Shown: in pieces, positions 26,480 to 36,683 of the stretch | Position numbering within the stretch: position 1 is the stretch's first letter | Layout: every line of letters begins with the position of its first letter | From: Parasitella parasitica NRRL 2501 | Taxonomy: Eukaryota; Fungi; Mucoromycota | DNA: 64,000 nt | Assembly (NCBI GenBank): GCA_025201805.1 | Contig: MU619243.1 | Coordinates: 349,773-413,772 of the forward strand | Direction of reading: 5' to 3' | Notes under the pieces: model-generated | Seen by the model: only the letters and a program-made list of their open reading frames with translations | Database searches by the model: none | What the model was told of the DNA's origin: nothing | Program-made: the position numbers and the translations under genes

Positions 26480-29400
26480 ATGAAGAAAACTCGCTGCATA
26501 CATGCCATTACAAACGAAGACGACAATTCGGTGCTGTCGCTAGCGTCGAGCGAAAAGTACTTGTTCTCTGGAAGCCAGGGATCAACCATTCATGTGTGGA
26601 GCCTCGATACGTTCCAGCTTGTCACTTTGCTACAAGGCCACCACGGCAGCGTGCTGGGGTTGACCATCTCGGCAGATCAACAATGGCTTTTCAGCAGCTC
26701 TGGTCGGTAAATTACAGCGAGACGTATAGTGGGCCAAATTTAACAATATTGCACCGTTTTACAGGCGACGGCACTGTGCGAGTGTGGAACATTGACAAAT
26801 TGAAATGCCATCGAATCATCCGTTCATGCCACGATGTGGGAGACGTTTTTTCGATTGTGTTTACTCGGAGCCAATTGCTGTTCTTTGGTTGTCAAAATAC
26901 TAGCATTCAGTGGTACGACTTTAACGAAAAACCGACTAGCGGAAGCTCTGTATTCGCCAACAACAAAAATTGCCAAAAGACGCAATTCTTTAAATTGTTT
27001 CATGATTTGGGCTTACATCCGTCGAAACATTCGGTCCAAGAAGAGAAGGATGTCATTCAATGTGTCATCAGAGCAAACAATGTACACTCGAATGCTCACG
27101 ATGGATACATTTACTGTATGACATATTCAAACGATATACCCAACCTAGCAGGGGAAGTGCTCATAACAGGTAACGTACAAGTTTATGGGGGTACAGTATT
27201 GCATGCATACTGACCAGTCGTCCCGCCGTCTTTAGGTTCAGGTGATGGTCATGTTAAAGTCTGTATATTTAGCCAGCGTTGAAGATGCTCCTGTGCTAAT
27301 TTTTTCTTTGGTGCGTACACAGATTTGGTCAATTCGAGTCGACAAAACGCTTCATCATCATCAGACACTGACAGGCGGGGACCCTGACAGAGGCATTTTA
27401 AGTCTAGCGTTATCTGACGAGGGCTATTTATTTTGCGGTGTGCAAGGCGGCCATGTCCAGGTATTTTGTTACATGGTTACGGATTGTGCCATTCCCACTT
27501 GTTCTTGCTAATAACTGTTTATTTGTATATCCTTGCAGATTTGGGATCTTGAAACGGTAATCAAACAATGTTTTGCGTTGCAGTGATTTCTAATGTCGGA
27601 TTCTCCTTTTATAGTATCAATTGATAAAAACTGTTGTAGCACACACGGTAACCCTCCTTTTTCTGATACTTGCTGTATTTAGCACTCACATACACATATG
27701 TAGGACGATGTACTATCTGTCATTGCCAATCACCGCGGATTCATCAGTGCATCTGCTGATGGCTCAATCAAGGTACATGTCTTCAAACTGTTCAAGCGAT
27801 TGTGATGTCTAACATGCATATAAAGTTTTGGAACGAAGGCTTCAATCTCAGAGAAACCATCGAGAAATACAATGGCATTATCTTATCAATGGCGCAATCT
27901 AACGAGTACCTGTTTACTGGCAGCAATGACCATTCCATCAAGATTTGGAACATGGCATCCGCAGAGGTAGAAACAGAGCCCTCCTTGGATAGTCTGATAA
28001 ACGCCGATAGTCCCAATGGTACGCATATACACATGCCAGCAAACAAGTGCAGACTTACTAATTCCTAAATGTCCTAAATGTAACAGACTTGCTACTCCAC
28101 ATAATGGAAAAATGGACATCGATTCGCACAATCAGCGGCCAGCCTCAATATTTAGAAGAGTGTCGACGAGGCGCTAAATATCTCAAGAATGTCATGCAAC
28201 AACTCGGCGCTACTAGTCAATTGGTAATACGAAATTTAGGCTTAATGTCTGTGTAGAGCACTCACATATTACGGTAGATCCCTACCATCCCTGGAAAGAA
28301 TCCGTTAGTTTACGCGAAATTCTGTGCGAATCGGCCCAACGCTTGCCCTTTGACACCTAAACAAAGTAAAACCGCACCGCCAGCAAAAGTGCCAACTGTG
28401 TTATTTTACGGCCATTACGACGTGATGGCTGCTAAAAACGAAAAAAACGAATGGTTCCAAGACCCATTCAAGTTGACTGGCCTTAACGGCTATCTGTATG
28501 GTCGAGGAACAAGTGATAATAAAGGGCCTATTGCGTCTACTCTGATTGCCGTTCATGAGCTGTTCAAAGATGGCTTGCTCAATGTCAATGTTATTTTCTT
28601 GGTGGAAGGCGAAGAAGAATGTGGCAGCAACGGCTTTTTAGAAGCAATCACAAATCATCAGAGCCTATTTGAGAATATCGATTTGATATTACTGAGTAAC
28701 TCATACTGGCTAGGAGAAGATACCCCTTGTATTACCTATGGTTTGCGCGGCGTTGTTCGTGCTGATATTACAGTAACTACAAATAGACTGCATGTATTCA
28801 ATAGGTCATATTCATCCATACATGCATCTCTTTAGGTATCGAATGGCTTATCCAACCTGCATTCTGGCGTAGAAGGTGGCGCTGTCAGTGAGCCTCTGAT
28901 CGACCTAGTCCATGTTCTCGGTAAACTTGTAGACAGAGAGAAAAAGGTGCTTATTCCAGGTATGCACTCTATATCAGAATCATTGACTGCAAAGCGGCTA
29001 CGGTTCTCATATGTCTACGAATAGATTTTTACGAGGACGTCCTCCCTATTACCCCATCAGAAGAACTATTGTACGAGCCGATCATAGACTGGGTTCAATC
29101 GTAAGTACTATAACCAGCATTTTCGCAGCCATTCACAAATCTGACCAACCAGGACAGATCCAAAACATCCACTTTACCAAAAAGTAGATCTCAGCATTCG
29201 TGTGTAACCTCCCCGTCCCTCAATTCAGATGCATCCAGTGATGATGATGCATCATCCAGCAGCAGTTTCACTACTGCTGCAGATCAATCACGAGAGCAGA
29301 TCAAAAATCAATTGATGTCGAAATGGCGTTTCCCAACTTTGACAGTTCATAAAGTGGAAGTTTCCGTCAACCATCCTACTGTCATCTCCAACTCTGTCAC

Positions 29401-29909
29401 AGCTACCATCAGCATGCGCATTGTACCAAACCAGGAGATATTGGACATTTGCAACAATCTGAAACTTTATGTTTATCGAGGGGTAGGGGGTAGGGGGAAA
29501 GCGAGGCAAAATTACCTGAATTTCATTATCAGATTTCAATTGATCAAAGACTCTTTTTTTTTTTTTTTTTTTTTTTTTCTAGACAGAACCTTTAAACTGA
29601 TCATTTTTCATCCCAACGTAGGTCGATATCCAAAGTTATGCCGACTATTGGTTAGGTAATCCTGGTAGCAAATACTTCAAAGCAGCCGAGGCAGCAATTG
29701 AAAATGAATGGCAAATCAAACCATTGTATATTCGAGAAGGAGGTTCTATTCCAGCAGTAGGATGGCTAGAGAAATTCTGTAAAGCACCTGCCATCCATAT
29801 ACCATTTGGTCAATCATCAGACCAGGCTCATTTACCCAACGAGCGAATTCGCTTGCACAATTTACATGCTGGACGAAGAATTATAAAATCTTTATTACAA
29901 AACATCTAA
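26480..29909 (+). CDS. DUG2: WD40 + M20 peptidase Dug2-like (glutathione degradation); penultimate exon/intron junction inverted
   Basis: WD40 repeats; FYGHYDV, GRGTSDNKGP, EGEEECGS, LHSGVEGG, IREGGSIP, DQAHLPNERI; many short introns and micro-exons. Confidence 0.88.
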
Positions 29910-29967
29910 AATAAATATATAAAAAATTCATGTACAGAAATTAATGAAATTTTCTATAGCAACAATG

Positions 29968-30560
29968 CTAGTTCACTACCACTTGCGAATGGTGACCAAT
30001 CTTCCGTTTTGCGCAGATCCTCTTGTAAATGTAAAACCTGTTCATAAATGGCGCTTTTTGGAGGCCTATCCAGAATAAATGTGGCCTAATGCCGTAAAAT
30101 AAACCTGCAAAACGCTGGTTTTTGTTATCCCTTTGACAACACCACCGTACTGTTTGGTTCGTGTTGCTGCTGTCGCTTCTTTCTTTTTGCTTCTCTCGCT
30201 GGTTTGCGTTTGTAAGAAGCGTTTTCATTACTTCTAATGGTGTTGTCATTGCTCTGGAAATACCTCCTGCGAGCGAACCCATTATTAAATCTATCCCAAG
30301 CGTTAGCCGCTATCCTGGTCGAATGACAGTGCTCTTTGCAAGCCTTTCGAATGGCCTCAACCCGCACAAATGTAACACAATGTTCACCATGCCCTAGAAA
30401 GCAAATTGTAACAAGCAGAATAAGGGACATTACGTAAACTAGTTGCTCGGAAGGCACCAAACCCGTCGTACTTGGCAATCTAGGTAAAAATATAGACATA
30501 CATGCACTGCTGCAATTAGCTTTGATGAACCCCTATGTGAGTCGCACACAAATTTGCGGT
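29968..30560 (-). pseudogene. Degraded mitochondrial carrier (SLC25) gene
   Basis: Carrier signature fragments GSLAGGISRAMTTPLEVMKT, GLFYGIRPHLFWIG and RNVPYSA, interrupted by stops and frameshifts. Confidence 0.6.
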
Positions 30561-31149
30561 TCTAACAGCCTGTCATGTTCTCTTGGACGTTAGCCTGATG
30601 AATCCCGGGATGGCTATTCACAAGCATTCCAATTGAAAACGTTTATTGTTTTTGCTGCATTTCCCACCAATTCTGGGCGAAGCCTTGGTATCGCCAAAGT
30701 TTATGCTTGCATACATAGGCCAGTCTCCAATGGACCCAATGGCAATTATGGGATATCTCTTAACTAGCGGTGCTGTGTGTTTGGCTTTATTGAAGCATCG
30801 ATTTGATACTACTGTACGGCTCCTTTTCGAGGTTTCGAAGGAGCCAACAGTGAAGGAATCGGATCCAAAAGATACAAAGTCGTTGTTAGTGAAGATAACA
30901 GGATATAAAGAGCTGCTGAGAAAAAGAATATAGGAGGCTGTACTAGTGAAACCTTTTAAACAAATCAACCAGTTTACGCATATACTATGAGTGATTATTT
31001 TATTTTTTTGGGCTATTCACATCAATATGTTTTTAGAGTAAAAAAAAAATACAACCTTTATTATTATGTTAAACATTAAAATAAAACTACATAACTATGC
31101 ACTTCTTGGTTCTTATGGTACTACATGTACCACAATACTAACACAATCA

Positions 31150-31650
31150 ACCGCGAGAAGGTGAGTGCATATCTGATTGCAGCCCCCAGAACTCAAGACA
31201 CCAGCTAGGAAAGGGTAATTACTTCCCACATTTACCGGCATGGAGGACCAAACGCGCTATCTAACTAAGGTTAGGAGTGGAACAAGTTGAATTGTTCTTT
31301 TTAGTAAACCCTAACTAGTACTAGTGCTGCCCGCCTACTTAAGTGCATTTACTAACATCAGCTCCAATCTGCGAGCCATATGCCTCCAGGGAAAAGCCTA
31401 CCTTCATTTCCCTGTAGTTTTTTCCGGCTGGCAGACAGAACACGAGCGGTAGATCTTCCCCTAAACCCTATAATGTTCGAAAAATGTGAGCATAAGGTTA
31501 CTCGGATGGTAGGGCAGAGCCTTTCACCCGATGTTTGTGTTGGACAAACACTACTCGCATTATTTCAAGGGTTAGCTTTACAAGGGAGCCGACTCCAAGT
31601 AACCAGGTTGGATCTGTACACATGCATAGCCGGTCCTTTAGTCACGTTCT
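31150..31650 (-). ncRNA. Candidate structured non-coding RNA (telomerase-RNA-like)
   Basis: GC-enriched island with no convincing ORF; many helices whose G-U pairs work only on the minus strand; CUAACCCU at 31575-31568; P5/P6/P6.1-like junction at 31257-31167. Confidence 0.45.
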
Positions 31651-32435
31651 TGTAGATGTTTTCAGGCGTGGTAAAGAAGAAAAAGAAAAAGAAAAAGAAA
31701 AAGAAAAAGAAAAAAGAGGAAATGGAAACTCATGGAATAACCACCCGTTTTTTCATGAAAACAAGTCTCTTTCCGCAGCCATCTTTGAATGTGCTATAGG
31801 TGTGGGTAAGGCGAGTAAAGAGCATTCATACTGCTGTCAGTTTGACTAGCGTTTTGATCTGTGTTATGCGACAGCAGCATTGACATCCACTATGGTTCCA
31901 CATCTTTAATGCATTTGGTAGAGGAAGGTTGTTTCCTTTAGCTCCTATTGAAATTTCAACTAAACAAGCGTAAATACACTTCTACTTTCTAAAGGTGACC
32001 TATATATATATTATCTTCAAATATATTTATCTGCACAAAATCATCGACATATCAGCAATAATATTCTACACCAATTGGGTAATAATACTCTCCAGGTTTA
32101 ATCCATGTCCTTGATAATCTTCTCATCATTTGATGAGCACAAAAAGTAGAAGCTTGTTGGTGGCAGCAATTGAATTAATTTGGGCAGTTGAAAGTGCAGA
32201 GAACTTTCCTGAGATATTTCAAACAATACGGTATTACGAAATTCCCATATATGTCAGCTTATAAAATGGATGATAATAAATTGTGCATCGAACACCCTAT
32301 TGTCACAATGTTTTGCAATAAGATGTATGCTTTATGCCTTTATATGCTTCACAAAACCCTACCTTTGTGCACAGAGGCTTTTTTTTTTTCCCTTGAAGAA
32401 GCCCTGGAAACAATATAAAGTATTTTACTGTGCGA

Positions 32436-33571
32436 AGATCACACTTTATCATTACTAATGAATGTGTTTTTCACAATTTTAGCAGAATTTGTACTCTTTT
32501 TAGCCAATTTAAATGCTCAGAACTACACCAAACTGTTTCTCAGAGTTTGTACTTGCTATCTGACGCATTTCCACCAAAAATATAGCTGATGAAAAATTCA
32601 TTGATTTTCAAGTAATTTTCATGAGGGACCATAAGAAAAAATGGAGAGAAAATACAATATCTCAAATTTGACCTCAAAAATGCAAGTTTCTTCTATGATA
32701 TATACTGAACGAAACCATTCCATTTAACAGCAATTTTGACAAACGACCACCATTTTGGGCATTTATTGTGCAAACTATCAAGTTTAAGCCAAAAATCGCG
32801 TTTTCCGTTATTTGCAGATTACTCAATAATTTAGTAAAAATAAATGGTTGAAATGCACACCAAAAGATGCAGAAATTAAAGTTCTAAAAATCTGCTTATA
32901 ACAAAAATGTATGTTGTTTTAATGTTTTGTAGAGATATCAATCAAAAAGTGTCGAGTAAGTGCATAACCGGGGTTTGTCATCCAAAAATACGAACCCCAT
33001 AGTTGGACATTAAATTGGGAAGAAAGAATTTTTTCGGAACTTTGGACGTATTTAACGCTTTTCGATTAATACCTTTACAAAACACTAAAGCAACATACAT
33101 TTTTGTTATAAGCAGATCTGTAGAACTTTAATTTCTGCATCTTTTGGTGTGCATTTCAACCATTTATTTTTACTAAATTATTGAGTAATCTGCAAATAAC
33201 GGAAAACGCGATTTTTGGCTTAAACTTGATAGTTTGCACAATAAATGCCCAAAATGGTGGTCGTTTGTCAAAATTGCTGTTAAATGGAATGGTTTCGTTC
33301 AGTATATATCATAGAAGAAACTTGCATTTTTGAGGTCAAATTTGAGATATTGTATTTTCTCTCCATTTTTTCTTATGGTCCCTCATGAAAATTACTTGAA
33401 AATCAATGAATTTTTCATCAGCTATATTTTTGGTGGAAATGCGTCAGATAGCAAGTACAAACTCTGAGAAACAGTTTGGTGTAGTTCTGAGCATTTAAAT
33501 TGGCTAAAAAGAGTACAAATTCTGCTAAAATTGTGAAAAACACATTCATTAGTAATGATAAAGTGTGATCT
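32436..33571. mobile_element. Non-autonomous foldback/MITE-like DNA element with ~500-bp terminal inverted repeats
   Basis: 32436-~32950 is the reverse complement of ~33050-33571, near-perfect over the outer ~450 bp; termini agatcacactttatc...gataaagtgtgatct; no ORF. Confidence 0.9.
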
Positions 33572-34429
33572 ATATTTATTGATAAACTTTATACAGCTGC
33601 GCCTTCATAGCAATAGTATCTGATATGTAAAGCAGTTTTTAGTGTGCAAGATTCAATTATTTGGTGATGTCAAGTATTTGTTACTTTGCAAAAGAATATG
33701 GCATTGGAGTATTTGACGCAGTAATTCAATATTGTACATTTGAGAACTACATTTGCAAATGCGTTGCAGTACCCTGCTTGAATATACCACAAGATAGAGC
33801 ATTTTAAACATCAACATTTGTAATTCACAGAAGACGTTAGATACAAAGTAGACATTGAAGGAAACAGTATTGAGTAATGTGGACAGGCGCTGAACCTGAC
33901 TGCAGTAAAATAATACATATGTGCCTATATAGGACCAGTTTGCCTTTACAATTTGTCTTTGACTCCATCAATCTTGATGGATTCAGGTACAATCATTTAG
34001 GGTAATCATAGACGTTGTTATCAATGTCCTAGCTGAAATACAACACGCGTAGCCAGAGTTCCCTTGGTAGATTTTGCTGCTGTGGGCCTAATATTGATGT
34101 ATGGTTCAACATTAAATATGTAGTTGCTCATCTTATAATCCATGTCTATGTGAGACCATTTTTTCGACGCTCTTTTCTTTAAATTGGGCTCAGGAAATTC
34201 AATGTTGAATCCGACAAAGAGGAGACCTCTATGTGAGCCATCACCCATGTCAGGTTCACCATTTAATTCCTTCTTGCCAAACCGGACCATACATTTGATG
34301 TTTTTGAGGATTGGAAAGGATCTCATAGCCATGAGATATCTCTTTGAACTTGTTACCAGTTTCAGGATTTTACCATAGAAATGTTAATGCATAGACAACA
34401 AAGCACACTTGCGGCTGAGACTTGTTAGG

Positions 34430-34615
34430 GTGATGCTTTGAAGCTAATTTCTGTAGCCGAGCACTTTAATGTCCCTACCATCTTGTCTACTTTTCATGAG
34501 GATAGTCCCAATGATGGCATCTTTCTTGAGCTCTAGAGCTTGCTCCCCCAATCCTATTTACATTACCAGAGCTGGACAAATCAATGCTTGAAATGATCAA
34601 AAATTTGTCAAGGTG
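34430..34615 (+). pseudogene. Fragment of a YcaC-like isochorismatase-family hydrolase
   Basis: Translates as AEHFNVPTILSTFHEDSPNDGIFLEL*.../PIYITRAGQINA*NDQKFVK, matching the YcaC pattern 'F.LPTILT.S.E.GPNG...EL...P..YI.R.GQINAWD..DFVK'. Two stops and one frameshift. Confidence 0.6.
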
Positions 34616-35569
34616 TGTCTACTCTCTTTTATTTTGCTGGTGCTCAAGCTGCAGCCGAAGCTTTCTCTTGAAACAGCATATAGAATCATTAGAATTTGCT
34701 ATTTTCCATGAGTTAATTGCACCAGGAATACTCTATGGAAATAAAACACCTTGAGTGATTAAAAATACATACCTTTCAGTTTTTCATGCGTGCATTTTAA
34801 TCATGATGATGAATTAAGTATTCAACTGACCTATGCATACATACACGACACTACTAGATACACTGGTTAACGTATACTGGAATGGGAAAATTGACACTGC
34901 TAACCTTGGTTTTAATGCTTTCTGCACCACCTTTACTTGTTTGCCTTTATATACAAAGAGCATGTAATTCATCATTTACTTGCGTGGGTTTATTTGAGAA
35001 GCATCTTCATGCTGCATAAACAGAAATAAAATTATGTGTTACAAAAAGGAAGAAAAAGTGATTGCCCTTATAAATTTCAACCAGCGGTTCTCGTACCTGA
35101 TATAACTATGGCAACGAAATTAGGCATCAAATGGTAAGAGTATGTGGTCAAGAATACATGATGGAAAATTAATATAGCTGTCCGTTGGTAGGTATAGTAT
35201 ATAGTTGCATGTGATTACCATGTTATTTGTTTGTGTATGCCTCTCCATTCCCCTTAAACTGACAGAAAGTACAATGCGCTTTGCTGTCTGTGCTACTTAC
35301 GGATTGACAGCTGCTACTGATGGCTTTTACAAGCATGAATTGAATGCTCTTTCTCTCTTGTCCATTGAGTACTTCAACAATTAGATGCATTCGAAACAAG
35401 TATCACTGAAGAGGTACTCGATCTTTTTTTTTTTTTTTTTTTTTTTTTNNNNNNNNNNGATTAGGGTTACACTTATAAATGCGAAAACAAATCAGAGCAC
35501 TTATTTCTCGTCAGGTGCATGTAAAATCCATGAAAAGTAAACAAAAGCTAAAGGGACATCCAATTTAGA

Positions 35570-35970
35570 CATGAGGGCGAAAAAGTGCAGAGAGGACTGA
35601 ATAGTTGCACAATCCGCAGCGTCATGGAGATCAAGGGCAGAGGCATGAAGGCAGCAATGTGCTTAAAAGCGGGACCCAGCTCTGATGATGTTTTGGGCAG
35701 CAGGAGACAGCCCGTTAAACAGTGCTTGAACAGATCGAAAATCTGGGCACGATGCAACCGAGAAGTAGGCTTAAGGCGATAGCGGCTCTGAACGTTGATG
35801 GACGAGAAAGCAGCTAGCAATCAGCAGCGTTAGCACTGACAGAAGAAACGTCTGGAGGAATACTGTCTACGGAGAGAAGCAGCATGAACATCGTGGACAA
35901 AAGGAGACTCAGCATTCGAGCAAACTTTATATGGCCATTCTAATCCTAATCGAAATGCTGTATTGCCTCG
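35570..35970 (-). mobile_element. Possible decayed L1-type LINE fragment
   Basis: Pyrimidine-rich minus strand and a peptide (LFKHCLTGCLLLPK...FMPLPL) loosely similar to the post-RT region of the LINE at 46.5 kb. Weak evidence. Confidence 0.3.
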
Positions 35971-36683
35971 CCCAAAAAAAAAAAAAACAAAAACTGAATC
36001 CGACACCGAAAATGAACAAAATTTGGCATTTGTTGTGGAGATTATCTGCTCCAACATTTAAAAATGCGGCACAGGATTTGAAGCTACTTTGTTAAATGTG
36101 CTTGAAACCTACAAAGCGAAATATCTGATCCAGAGGGCATTGCAGTTTTAATGGCTCTGCTCTGCTAAATATAAATTGCAATGGAAGACTCGGACTCTTT
36201 CCTTGAGCCACTTCCACCCAATATCAAGAAGAAAAGAAAGGAGGACTACAGTACCATTTGGACAGATTCGTTCAGATGCCTAATAATTTAACTGTTTTTG
36301 ATTTGGTCTGGACTTGTTACATTTCTCTATTATGCAATATACATATATAATATATATACCAATGTTAGAAATTCAAGGTGTGAGCATTCTCTAGTAGAAA
36401 AAAGCGCTCGGATTTTGATTGTATTTTTGCCAGATGTTAGGGTATAATGCAAACAAACTTAATCAGTCAGATTAAATCAATAATTGTGAAATCGACCTTT
36501 AACGAAAGCTACAAATGTAAACATTTTGTGTCACGTATACAGGAAGGCCTGGAATGAAGAAATGAGTCTCAGGTGTTACAAAACAAGAAAAAGATCTACA
36601 CCCAGCGTTAATTTTCGTTTTTTAGTGCCTTTCTTCCTATATACATATATTTTTCTTTGATTATTTGCACTTGTAAAAAGCCT

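Noticed and set aside
31244-31465. RNase P/MRP reading of the structured island (GGGAAGAUCU resembling CR-I)
   Set aside because: The P4 partner and CR-V consensus fit poorly. Not formally excluded without a covariance-model search.
31300-31472. Plus-strand TAAACCCTAAC and CCCTAAACCCTA as template or interstitial telomere
   Set aside because: Not tandem arrays. G-U pairing favours the minus strand, where these segments fall in helices.
34021-34378. 103-aa minus-strand ORF, possibly a transposase relic
   Set aside because: No catalytic motif identifiable by eye.
35459-35470. Single TTAGGG next to an N gap
   Set aside because: One copy only, in an interior gene-rich context.
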